Positions 13,560 to 26,100 of a stretch of 64,000 bases of DNA are shown here, piece by piece (the first letter of the stretch is position 1; every line of letters starts with the position of its first letter). The DNA comes from Glycera tridactyla (Eukaryota). The stretch spans positions 116,684,001-116,748,000 of the forward strand of contig OZ286459.1 in the NCBI GenBank assembly GCA_965644265.1, in the 5' to 3' direction. A model generated the notes under the pieces. The model made no database searches, was not told where the DNA came from, and was given only the letters and a program-made list of their open reading frames with translations. Made by a program: the position numbers and the translations under genes.

Positions 13560-13775
13560 CATTCCACAAACCCAGTGGATGCTGACTGGGATATGAACGG
13601 TCTGTCGTGTATATGGGCGTCTATTTCTTAATGTATCGTTAAAGACCCACTGCTGTCTTCGGTGAAGAGTAGGGATTGACCCCGAAAGCGGTGCCTCTCT
13701 CCTTCGGCATTTTCAATTTCCAGTCTGATAAAACCCAAGAAGGTTGAAAGAACGTTAAACTCAAACGAACAAACT
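13560..13775 (+). mobile_element. SINE family B (Meta/MESC-domain-like)
   Basis: gactgggatat...gt(t)aaaga(c)ccactgctgtc...aagagtaggg...cccc...cagtctgata(a/t)aaccc...gttaaactcaaac(a/g)aac; core resembles the published Meta-SINE domain as I recall it; a minus fragment lies at about 13040-13150. Confidence 0.65.
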
Positions 13776-14001
13776 GAATACTGTATACAAACACTATCAC
13801 CATAAACTATTATATCAAAATCCGTTTGAGTTGATGTTAGAAGTGATGTATAACTTGCCAAGTCTTTGTGTGAGAAATAATCAAATATGTGTTGACAATA
13901 TGAAATGTTCTTTGAATCTCTGTCATCACACGCAATTAAAGGTCAAGAAACGTTTCGATGTCAGACTACATTGGTCGAGTATTCTCCGGACCTAGTGCTT
14001 C

Positions 14002-15883
14002 TTATACCCCGCTTTTGAAAAAGCGGGGTATAATAGTTTCACCTCCGGCGTCCGTACGTACGTACGTACGTACGTACGTACATACGTACGTACGTACGTA
14101 CGTACGTACGTCCGTCCGTCCGCTCACATTTCATGCAATAACTTTGGATTGGCTGGTCCAATTTTCATAAAACTTCATAACTGTGATCTATGAAAAATCG
14201 TATTCAAGAATTTGATTTTCGTACCCAAAGGTCAAAGGTCAAGGTCACAGGAGCTATTTATAGATTTTCTTATTTTACACTCTAACTCAAGTTAGCCTCA
14301 ATGGATATGCACCAAACTTACATAAAGTAATGACCCAATGTTGGGCCACCTCCCTTTCGATGCATGTGACCCTAGGTCAAAGGTCAAGGTCACAGGAGCT
14401 ATTTATAGATTTTCCCATTTTACACTCTAACTCAAGTTAGCCTCAATGGATATGCACCAAACCTACACAAAGTAATGACCCAATGGTAGGCCACCTCCCT
14501 TTCGATGCATGTGACCCCAGGTCGAAGGTCAAGGTCACAGGAGCTATTTATAGATTTCTCCATTTTACACTCTAACTCAAGCGAGCTTTGATGGATATGC
14601 ACCAAACTTACACAAAGTAATGACTTAATGGTAGGCCACCTCTCTCTCGATGCATGTGACCCCAGGTCAAAGGTCAAGGTCACAGGAGCTATTTATAAAT
14701 TTTCTTTTTTCACACTCTAACTCAAGTTAGCCTCAATGGATATGCATCAGAGTCACGCAAAGTAATGACCTCATGGTAGGCCACCTCCCTTTCGATGCGT
14801 GTGACCCTAGGACAAAGGTCTAGTTCACAGGAGCTATTTATAGATTTCCTCATTTTACACTCTAACTCAAGCCAGCTTAGATGGATATGCACCAAACTTA
14901 CACAAAGTAATGACCTAATGGTAGGCCACCTCTCTCTCGATGCATGTGACCCCAGGTCAAAGGTCAAGGTCACAGGAGCTATTTATAGATTTCCCCATTT
15001 TACACTCTAACTCAAGCCAGCTCTGATGGATATGCACCAAACTCACACAAAGTAATGACCTAATGGTAGGCCACCTCCCTTTCGATGCATGTGACCCCAG
15101 GTCAAAGGTCAAGGTCACAGGAGCTATTTGTAGATTTCCCCATTTTACACTCTAACTCAAGCCAGCTCTGATGGATATTCACCAAACTTACACAATGTAA
15201 TGACTTGACGGTAGGCCACCTCCCTTTAGATGCATGTGACCCCATGTCAAAGGTCAAGGTCACAGGAACTATTTACAGATTTTCCCATTTCACACTCTAA
15301 CCCAAGCGAGATGGATATGCATCAAACTTACACAAAGTAATGACATAATGGTAGGCCACCTCCTTTACGATGCATTTGATCCTAGGTCAAAGGTCAAGGT
15401 CACAGGAACTATTCATAAATTTTCTCATTTCACACTCCAGCTCAAGCTTGCATTGATCGATATGCACCGAAGTTTCACAACGTAAAGACCCAATGGTGAG
15501 ATATCTCCCATTTGATGCATGTGACCCTACATCAAAGGTCAAGGCCATAGGAGCTATTTTTAAATTTCCGCATCTCACACAATAACTCAGGCTAGCATTG
15601 TTGGATGAAGATCAAACTGATCTGGGATGATCAAGCAATGTAACAACATCTCTCTTACAATGCATGTGACCCTAAGTCATAGGTCAAGGTGAATGTTTTA
15701 GGAGCTACTACATATGTATTAGATTTTCTTATTCTACACAGTGATCCAGTGACTTATTACATAGCCGACCAAACATCTCAATGACCTTTTCCGATATGGG
15801 TTACCCACTGTGCTCCAGTGTGCGATATGGGTTACCCACTATGCTCCCGTGTGCGGGGTATATTGCCCCTCTGTGGCCTTGTT
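14002..15883 (+). mobile_element. Non-autonomous Helentron-associated interspersed element (HINE / DINE-1-like) carrying a satellite array
   Basis: 5' perfect 15-bp stem TTATACCCCGCTTTT-GA-AAAAGCGGGGTATAA (14002-14033), tetranucleotide microsatellite, tandem central repeats containing AAGGTCAAGGTCA, 3' sub-terminal GCGGGGTATA (15853-15862), short GC stem and CTTGTT end; inserted at TT. Confidence 0.85.
14226..15730 (+). repeat. Tandem array of about 10.5 copies of a 145-bp unit
   Basis: The cacag register of the unit recurs at 14246, 14391, 14536, 14681, 14826, 14971, 15116, 15261, 15401, 15546 (145-bp period; one 140-bp unit). Confidence 0.97.
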
Positions 15884-16100
15884 CTTGTTTCAAGTACTGC
15901 GCTAAGTCACAACATGAAAGCATTGCAACCAGGACTGAGTATCAGTTCCCAGCCAGTTACAGTCTGATATGCCAACACAAGGTTCAGTTTGTTCGTGTTG
16001 AATAGGTAGCAGTGTGTCTGGACCGTCAGCTACTTCTACTTGACAGACTTCCACGTTCCCATCATATTGTGTTCCTGATGTATCCCGTAACATGCAACAT

Positions 16101-16379
16101 CCCAAATAGCAAGCTGACGTCCACTGGACGTCGGAAACGTGGGAAGGTCCGAATTTGGACGTCCATTAGATGTCTTATTGACGTCGAAAGACAACGTCGG
16201 TAAATTGCAATGGTCCAAGGAATATAATTGGTTATATTTTAGACGTCCACTGAAAGTTTATTGGACGAAAAACGGACGTCCGATGAACGTCTTTCCGTGT
16301 CTCAAAATAGAGTGGACGTCTCCTGGATGTCATGCCGACGCCCATTGGACGTCAGATGGACATCGGCGTGCTATCGGGG
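16101..16379. mobile_element. EnSpm/CMC-like MITE with GACGTC-rich sub-terminal repeats
   Basis: Imperfect TIRs CCCAAATAGCAAGCTGACGTCCA / rc CCCCGATAGCACGCCGATGTCCA; 2-bp AT duplication (16099-16100, 16380-16381); many GGACGTCC palindromes. Confidence 0.7.
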
Positions 16380-16870
16380 ATGTATTCTTGTCTTATTGAA
16401 AAACTGTAGGTGCTGGGGATCACCAGGAAATACGATCAGTATATTACGATATTGAAATCGGTGATATGTATTGGGCACAGGAAGCTCCTGTTGTTACTGG
16501 CGATGCTGCTGCTACTGCTGCTGGTTTGGCAAGATGTGGATGATTTGGCAGCGGTTCCAGTCGAGTGCCTCCCTTCAAATCATCGGGGTTGGAATTCTTC
16601 GTATATAACCCGTATCTGCCGCTACGAAAACCATCCCAAAATGGCAACAGGCGCAGAAGCCACCACCGAAACAATAACAAAGTGATGAATGTTGTTAGGT
16701 TGGAGTACTGAGCTTTCTGCCTGTATTGCATACTTTGAAGGGGCAACTGAAGTGGTCCAAAATGAAGAAAGGGGACAGGAAATTCCAGCCTTTGCGCATC
16801 TACAAAACCAGGTGTTGAAGGCTTCTCATCGCCCAGACGACGGTGGACGCCGATCTGTGCGCAGCCAACC

Positions 16871-17114
16871 ATGACGAGTATGGAGTTCCTCGATAGCTCG
16901 GACGATGAGGTCTTCGACGATGTGCTGGCCACCATTCAGCCTTCCTCCTCCCCCATCCCTTCTTCTCAACCCACCATCACTGACGAGGGCCATGTTGATG
17001 AGGACGAGGAGCCGGACTACATCGATGAGTCGGAGATTCTTACGGGATGTCTACAGTCGCTACCGCCTCAGCCATCCACCGTGGTCAGGGTCTATCTCAG
17101 TTCCAACTATCTTG
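16871..17114 (+). CDS. NWD2-like: Exon 1: acidic N-terminal extension and start of the DUF4062-like domain (MTSMEFLDSS...LTGCLQSLPPQPSTVVRVYLSSNYL)
   Basis: CCAACC-ATG start with an upstream in-frame stop at 16763; donor G|GTGAGT at 17115 (phase 1); joins exon 2 to give SSNYL-D-FTLEKN. Confidence 0.85.
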
Positions 17115-17141
17115 GTGAGTTTTCCCTGTCATCTAATACCC

Positions 17142-17197
<56 letters not shown>

Positions 17198-20100
17198 CCA
17201 CATACAGAATAAGATTAGTATGTTCCCGGAATACTGAGAATGTGTCATTTGATACGCCATGGATATATTCATCAGTTTCGTATCGTGTAGGTGGAGGTGT
17301 GTCTGAAGTGTCACCTGTGTCATTTCGATAACCTATCTGACCCCGTCAACCCGCGCTCAGGGTGTATGAGGGTGATGCCGACTGAGGACAGAGCATCCTG
17401 CTCAAACATATCTGGAATACATAAATATACCGTGGCACCCTCAACCGACTTCCTATACAAAAATAACCAGTCTTTTTGAGACAAACTATCCTCATATCAG
17501 AATGAAACTATGTTTCACAATACACTATTGAAATGTACCAATCACATCTTCAGAAGTCATCCGATTTCTTGTGGATTTGAACCTGGGATCTCCAGCATGG
17601 CACCAACCACCCAGGCTGTGACAGTGCAAATTGTCTTGCACGCTGATCTACGTGGACTGCTCCGTAAAAAGCAGCCACATGCCACCAGGAGCACACCCCT
17701 CACACAGATATCCAAAGACCCAGTTGACCATCTGGTCACTGCTGCTTTTCACAGCAGTCGAGTCCAATATGTATGTTGAAGCATCGGAAATAAAATGCAC
17801 ACAGCCCTTGAGAAGTCTGGCTGGGATATCATCCATCCCAGTGACTTTGGCATCTTTTCAGTTGTTCATCAGTCAAGCCTTCTTTCCTCTCTTGACATAT
17901 CATAAACTCGTGTGCACCATCAGGTATCCAGTTCACAGCAACTTGTATCCTCTGTTCGAATTTCAAGTTATCTACAATAACGCTTGAATAAGTATTGATA
18001 CTTGCGGCAATTTCGCAACGCATGAATCTTTTCTTCACCCAACTTGTCTGATCATTAGTCAATTTAGAGCTCAGTTGCATTTGTTTCACTGACATCCAAA
18101 GTTGTCTATAATCATGCCTATATTGATGTAATGCAGTCATAGAGTATGCCTGTTGTGGGTTCCATTTCAAAGTTGGGGTCGTGCTGCGTGCTATTCGGTA
18201 GCATTCCCAATTTTCCCCTTTTGGTTTCTTTGTTTGTGTTAGTTCATCTCTCCCATCTTAGTACCTATCCATTTAACCACTCCTTCATGAGGCAGAGTTT
18301 ACATCCACTTCCTCTACATGGGACAGTTCTGTCCATCACAGTAAATTTATTTGGAAATAGTGGCCATGGTTCTTCACTATCGGTCTTAGTCATGACCTCC
18401 TCCCAACTCTCTTGTCCGGCTGTCTTCTGTAATCTCCCGTCGCTAAATCCCACGTAATTTTATTTTCTTCAATTATCTGACCCTTCTCCCTATATTCCTG
18501 ATCACTAGGAGGTTTTGTTTTGAAGCCCATTTGCCCAACTATTAGTATAACTGTGAGTGTCAGTATTGTCTGTCAAAGAGTGATCTATTGTCGTAAAACT
18601 GTCTCTGTTTGTCCTTGAGTGCTCAGTAATCAGTTGGTTGCAGTCCATAGTCGCAAGCCAATCTTCATGAGTTCGTCCTGGTGATACCCGATGGCGGTTT
18701 GTTGTTTAGGTGTTTGGTTGGTCATTTGCTTGGCCGGTCGGTCGGTTGACTGGTTGGTCCTAGCTTAGTGGCGTGCATAAGCCCATGGGAATACTCTTGT
18801 CATGTTTTCCAAATTTGTGGGCCTGGGGTTTTGTATATGGATGCTTGTCATCGGGAATGGTGTTCAAAGGCTGTAGCACCATCTCTCAATGCATCCTGGT
18901 CAAATGAAGACACAAGTCCGAAGTTCATGATCTTCTGTATGTGTGCATTCTCTATCAAAACTACCAAATCTTAAGGCAACTCCTTCACCGAATCTGTTCA
19001 CTCCATCTAAACCACATCAAATCAACAAACACTCATGTGTAGGTGGCCGATGGTCTGATCTGCCTTTCACATTATGGTCACGTTGCAAAGCGCCTAGAAT
19101 GGACACCAGTCCTTGATTGCTATGTATGTGGCTAGGTCTGCAAGGAAGCCTGATGGCATTAGCTTCCGGTGAGATTTGTACGGACAATATATACTGTGCA
19201 GTCGGACCAGTCTCCAAAGACCAAATCCAGTTGCATGACAAACTTGTCTTTTACGTGGATAGCCCCTGTAAAGACATTTAATCGAGTATAAGAATATACT
19301 GGTGCCATCTCGTGAGCGGTCTCAAGCAGGTGGTCTCGGACAGGGGTGGCCATCCTAGCAGGTTCCAATGTATGTATCGCATTCTCCACGTTCAATGATC
19401 ATGCGTCAATATTCCTTTGAATTAGAGAAATATATTTAATGTTATCTAAAGCAATGTCAGACATCCTGAATTCACATGTGTGGATGGAAATATAGGTTAA
19501 CTTGAACTTGCTCGATAGATCACCTCTCTACAAAAGTCGCCGGCCTACAGTGGCTACCTTGAGCTGCGACCGTGATGCTATTTTCCACAGTAAATTATCT
19601 CTCTGCAAAGGCCACCGAGATAGGCTCTAGTGCACATTCAGAGTTGTCTATAAAGACTATGCTTCCTCACATCCAACTTGAAAACGTATTCTAGGGAAAT
19701 ACAGCTGAAGCTTTCTTCCAAGACCCTCCATCCTCGCTTCAAAGAGTGAGCCAGCCAGCCGAATCTGCTGGGGTGGGTAATACAAGTTTGGAGCAGTCCT
19801 GTCGTCATTTGAGGATTATTTTGGGCAAACCAAAATGAAGTACGAGAGCGACTTGCCTACACAGACCACGTCTAGAGAGGAGCATAATAGTATTTTATAA
19901 TCTGCACAACTTCTCCAGACATTATCTTCCTGCAAAAGGCAATTTTCACGATGCCAAGGATCGTCTTCGTGGACAGGTACTCGAATATCAGCAAACGCTA
20001 CATAGAATAAGGAGGAATGCTAGAAACCAATATCGCAATACCAATTGATGGCGGAGATTGATCAATTGATTGGTTATTTGATCAGAGATAAAGTGACAAC

Positions 20101-23100
20101 GTATAGCTGCATGAAAGCTGACACTCTAGCCTCAAGACAAGGCTTTTAAACAAAGAGCGGTACTCGAAACAAGGAAATGTATCAACTTCAGGAAATATTT
20201 TACCTACGTATTCAATAGCCGACTTGAGAGAAGACCGGCAGCGACATCTAAGGGCAGCGGATGCGTTGCTAATGAGACAAACAAATCGCCACACCATATT
20301 GATTTGTACTCACCGTCATTGAAATCCCATTGCAACTNNNNNNNNNNNNNNNNNNNNNNNNNNNNNNNNNNNNNNNNNNNNNNNNNNNNNNNNNNNNNNN
20401 NNNNNNNNNNNNNNNNNNNNNNNNNNNNNNNNNNNNNNNNNNNNNNNNNNNNNNNNNNNNNNNNNNNNNNNNNNNNNNNNNNNNNNACCCAGTCTTGCCG
20501 GCCTAGGCGAAGGACGTGCCACGAACTGTCAGTCACACTTCCTGGTGAACCTAGTCGCAGTCCTGGAAAACAGAACAATCACACTTCCTAGTAAACCCAG
20601 TCGCAGCCCTAGTAACTCAGAACTTGTGTATCTGGTAGCCGCTTTGTGCATGCTGACAATATCAGCTGAAGGTGAAGCGCTGTCAACTACCCATGTAGAC
20701 AGGACGCATGAGCTATACAAGTTGAGAATATAGGCGTTTTGGATTGCTTTGTCCCCCCCCCCCCCCCGTCGGGTTCCGGGCCGCCTTACCACCAATGGAT
20801 CAAATAAGGGTAATACACAATCTATTTTTTTCCTGTAGCTTCATTTTTCATGAGCTCAAGTGTATATCATTGTGAAGATGAATCATCAATATGCAGAGTA
20901 TGGAAGTAATCTTGGGAGTGAGACCAAGAAAATTTCTGGCTCGAACTATGCAATGTTTCCTCGATGTCTGCTGTCAGTAATCATATGCAGGGTGATAGTA
21001 GTCAGTCCAATCCTCCTCCTCCTCCTCCGCCTCCTCCTCCTCCTCCTCCTCCTCCTCCACACAGGTTACCTTCGATATTGGTATGTCGTCATTGCCTCAC
21101 ATCTGAGATCACTGGTCCAATAGTGATAGTGAAATCTGACAGTGACGTAAGATTGCCTTGATTGCATCACTCAAGCGAGGTATCACCCTCGTCGGCAGAA
21201 TTGGTATTATTGACACCGATTCTCGCCTCCCACACTAGAGAGGAGCGAGTGCGAAATGCCCGTATCCACCCCGGGATCATTCTGTATTTGAGCTGGCGGA
21301 GTAAAATGGTGAATAGTTAGCAGTGTTAATGCTGATGACCGATATGATGGCACTACAGTTGATCCTGGCTGTTCATCATGCTATTCATCATATATTATTC
21401 AGGCCTCGCCTAGCTAACTCTAATCTCACCTCGCTATTGTTTACAACCGCCAAGTGAACCGTGAGCCTGAGCCATACCGACAATCAGTGATCATCAACCC
21501 CTTTAAACCCACCTTGGTTTCTCTCTTATATCCACGGAAAACAGTACGTGTTAAGTTTTCTACCCATTTCAAGAGGCACTTGTGCGATTATCGTTGTATG
21601 TAGTGGTGATAAAAAGTGCTCAACATGGTTTGAGGTTTATTGTTTGTAATAGGTGGTGAAAGATGAAGATACTTGTAGGAATGTTGTTGCAGTCGTTAAG
21701 GCAGCAAAAGCAGGAGCAGCAGTAGAAGCATCAATTACAGAGGGTCAAGGGTGATGCTGCCATTGGTGATTCTGCTGGTACAGCAGCTGTTTCTTCTCTA
21801 TGTCCTGCTACCGCTCTTGCTGCTACGTAGAAAAAGCAGAAGAAGGGGAGAGGAAGAAGAAAAAGAAGCCGAAGAAGGAGAAGAAAGAGAAGGGGAGACG
21901 GAGGAGCAGCCAAAAAGGTTGAGGACAAAGAAGAATACAAACAAGATAATGACGATGACACCGAAGATGACAGCGAAGCAACGACAATAATAAGATAACA
22001 ACGATGATGGTGGTGGTGGTGATGGTGGTGGTGGTGGTGGTGGTGAAGTGGTAGGTACCGCCATGGCGACTTTAAGACAAAGCGGAATCCTCGTAGATCG
22101 TCAAGAGATCTCCAAGGTCAGCGAAACAATAATGGAAGAAGAAGATTGGAAGGGAGTTTGAGGCAAGTTATAAATCAGTCAACAAACAGCATGTGGCATC
22201 CTCATCATGGCTGATTGGTAACCAAGGGAAACTGGCTCGGGCCCATCTCGTCAATATATAAATTCAAGATGTGATGAGGTACCAAGGAAGAGGCACGCAA
22301 CCTATTTTTATCCGTCTTCATGTGAAGCCCATATTTGCCAGTTAGGATAGCAATCACAGTCTCTCCTGGGGTTATAGTTGATCACATCTATAGAATTGAC
22401 CTGATCTCAAGCGCCTGCCAGTGCAGAGCAAACTCCCATTAATGCAATGTTCCAAGCGTTTCTCTAAATGGAACTTTTCACCCATGTGATGGGAATGATT
22501 AAACTAAGTCAATATAGCCCAGATGATGCTGACGACCTACCTTTCTTCCTACCCTCCTACCTACCTACCTACCTAACCAACCAACCCACCCACCCACCCG
22601 CCCAATGACCCACCCACCTACCTACCTATACGTGCCTGTAGGCATGTTGGTGTTTTCGTGCATGATCAGCTATACATACACGCCCAATATATTGTAAGTT
22701 GTCTGTTTGCAGATTTCACCTTGGAGAAGAATCGCCTGATGTTGGAAGCTGTGCCGGAAGTACGCAAATATTGTCGTGCTCGGGGCTTGGAGTTCCAGGT
22801 ACGTAACCCGTCCGTCTGGCTTATTTTACCTTCAGTAAAGCCTCTTTCACACAGAACTGTCATTCGATGGCATTTGATGGCAATGATCGGCGGTTTTTCT
22901 GACTGGAAAACCGCCATCGAATGTCATTCATTTCAACTGTTCATTCTCAAAATGCTGCTGCACACGATCCACTTACATTCAACTATGGCAAAACTACAGG
23001 CTTGCTACAGTTCCACAACACTTGGCGACAACTCGGAAGTTCCAGGGAATTCGGCTGCACTCATTGGCATTTTCGCACACTTGGTCACAGTTGTCCTACA

Positions 23101-26100
23101 TTTATTGGCATTCACTGGCATTCATTGGCATTCGCTGGCATTCACTGGCATTTGTATACACTTCAGCACAATCAAGAGTAGTCGCCACAGATTGCCGTTC
23201 AATGTGGCCGAATGTGCGACGACCGTACTTGTAATTATATGGTAAAATCTGACACATGGATCACCAATATGTGCATAAAGTGTTACTTTGCTTACCCAGC
23301 AGGTGCTAGAATTCACGATAAGTTTGCAGCTATGTCCATGGAGACTAATTCCTTCATGCTCATGGCGCCCATATAATCCACATTTTATGACCATTCAGCG
23401 GATGAAAGCACAATTCGGCAATCACAGGTGACATTAATGGTACATCTGATACTAATCAATATCAGATACGGATGCTGATAGGATTATGATTTGCATGCTT
23501 TATTATAGACAACTCAAACTTGAAGGCACCCACTTATGTAGAATTTTCTGCCAAGTACATGGGCTATTATTTTGACACATGCTCGAGTGACCTCAGATAA
23601 TGGGGACAGTGAATAATCTGTGATGTAAGCCCAGATTTCAAGATGCTTCTTATATTGTGATATGACCCTGGTATTAGGTGTCACCCATAAGAATTATGAG
23701 AGCCACATCAATAACTTTTCGAGTGGGAGAATGGTGATAATTATCGGATAAATACTCCTCAGCCCGCCCTCCCCACAAGTGAGGATGATATAGTGGCAGC
23801 AAACATTGGTAGAGTCGATGGTTACCGTAATAGACCTCAACTTGAAACATTCACTCCCAGTACGATTCACACTGGAGTCTGAGATATGAGTGTCACATGA
23901 TTAACAGTCTCTGTGAATGGCTTGCTGGGTCATGACTTCGTGTGATACATTGTGGGCTTCTGGGCAATATACAAAGCCCCTATTGTCAACACAGCTCTCC
24001 GTGACCATAGATGGTATGTCTCCCAGGTGTTCGACAAGGACACTCTATAGCGCCCCGTTTGACTGATCTTGCTCATCCATAGGGAATGATCCGAGGAAGC
24101 AACCTCACCAACAGGCAGTTAGAACACCTAGCCTGAATTACAGGAGCCCTGGGTGTCAGGATTCACCTTGCTCCATTTCTGTTGGATGCCCGTTTGTACC
24201 ACATTCCGACCCGTTCTTCCATCAGTGTTGGCAGCTTTGTGTAGGTGGATGTTGGAGGATCACTTCCGCAAAGCATTATGTCCCTCGATGCCTGTTTCCT
24301 GCCTGCTAAATGTTCTCCTGATGTGCGAGCGGAGAATAGTCGAGAATTCATGATGAACCTGCCTCAATCAGACGCCCTCTAAGCATCATCTCCAAAATGT
24401 GACCTTTCCTGATCATGCCCAAGAACTCCAGGAACTCCACCGAATGACTGAACTTCCTGCTCTCGATGAAGTCAATTGTCAAGTCACTCAATCTTCATCT
24501 AATTAGGTCCTTCCTCTTTGGCTCCCAAATAAGGCCAATCCAACCTCGGTTGAAGAGATGTTAAGCCATACTTAATCAATCAATCAATACTATCTGAAAT
24601 TCCTGATTGAGTGGCTGAGACCACCGGTGTTGTCTGCAGTTTCTGCCTCTCCTATTGCCGAAACAACTATGTAAGCAGTAGCCACAGCTGCAGTAGTCTA
24701 GCATGCTTCTGGAATGGCCTTCTCGAAATGCTTTCCTGAATTCTTGGCATTAATGGCCGCTCTGCTTCTTGCATATCTTCCCCAGGACCTCCAAGTCTTT
24801 GTCTGTGGAAGTAGCTGACAGTTCAGACACGCCCCTACCTTATCACCATGGACATAATGGTCCTGTCGATGGCATACAACTATGTAACTGGTTGGAAGCT
24901 GACACTCGAGCCTGATAGCTGTGATTTCCTTTGAAGTAAAGCGCAACACTTGAAACACTAATATGCTAATATGCTTAGTTAACTGCAAAGAGCATAGATC
25001 CCGGGTCCCCTCAACTGTGTTCAGTACTTCAGTGGAGGAGAGCATCAATATGAAATTGAGGTGTCGGACTTAGAATTGGAGCGTGAGCACGATTTCACTT
25101 CAGACGTAAATTGTTTTGGGGAGTTTCCAGACTCAAGACTGGGTATCTTGTGGTGATGGCCAGGTCTCACTGCGAGCGGCGTCATTTGCTGTCAGAAAAA
25201 ATCGCGCTAAAACATCGTATATTTTATCATGCCCCCGTAAAATTTGGAATGACTGGCGGTAATTCGGCAGTTGACGGCGCTTGACGGACCGTGGCGGCGG
25301 CGATCAAACTAGGTGCGAGAGCGTTCCGAGGAAGTCAAATTTGACTTTTTAACAGTTAGAAAGTCAAAGTGGAGTCACTGTCAAATTTTATAAAAATGTG
25401 ATAGTCACTGTCAATTTTTGGCGGAGACAGCATCAGGCAGGGACTGAAGGCGTCGATGACGGCGTATGCCCCTTTCAAACTGGTGCTGTCACCTCCTGTC
25501 CCCAAAAAGAGGATGAGAAAATCATATGCGTCCGGCGCCGTAATTATCCTCGGCCAAATTTGACTTAGCGCCGTCGTGATGCGTATGTCGGCGCTTCCGG
25601 AGAAAGTGACAGCGCTCCCAGAGAAAGTGGACAGGGACTACGATGGAGTTGCGCCGACGTTTGATGATGGTCAGGCAGGCAGGCAGTCTGGAGGTGGCGG
25701 TGATAATGCCGGTGATGGTGATGGTGATGGTGGTGGTGACAGTGACGGTGGTGTTGTTGATGGTGATGTAGGTGATGGAGGTGGTGGAGATGGTGGTGAT
25801 GATGGTGGTGGTGATGGTGGTGGTATTGTTGATGGTGAAGGTGGTGGTGGTGTAGATGATGGTGGTGGTGGTGGTGGTGGTGATGGTGGCAGTGGTGCTA
25901 GTCATCTTCCCACCTAACAATTCATCCAACCACCCAGTGCATGCCGACTGGGATATCAAAGGCCGGCCGCGTATTTAGGAGCCTTTTCCTTTACGCACGT
26001 TAAAGATTCACTGCTGTCTTTCGCAAAGAGTAGGGACGGCCCCCGGCATGCAGTGACTCTTTTTCTTCAGTATTTTCAGTTTTTCAGTCCGATATAACCC

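Noticed and set aside
14432-15578. Repeated MTLTFDLGSHAS... ORFs
   Set aside because: Antisense translations of the 145-bp satellite unit, not protein repeats
11077-15730. Regularly spaced direct repeats resembling a CRISPR array
   Set aside because: Units are head-to-tail with no unique spacers, there are no cas genes, and the context is eukaryotic
16444-16935. 163-aa minus-strand ORF antisense to exon 1 and the leader
   Set aside because: No recognisable motif or splice context; explained by GC-rich sequence opposite coding or leader DNA
17555-17625. tRNA-like B-box GGTTCAAATCC on the minus strand
   Set aside because: No cloverleaf or acceptor stem can be formed; at most a decayed SINE head within the LINE relic
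21831-21917. Lys/Glu-rich exon-like segment with a pyrimidine-rich acceptor in intron 1
   Set aside because: Poor donor (GTTGAG), purine simple-repeat origin, and it would split the conserved SSNYL-DF motif
23900-24560. Possible DIRS/Ngaro RT-RNase H remnant on the minus strand (EFLG, VDN..FV)
   Set aside because: Motifs too short and too disrupted to support a call without a search
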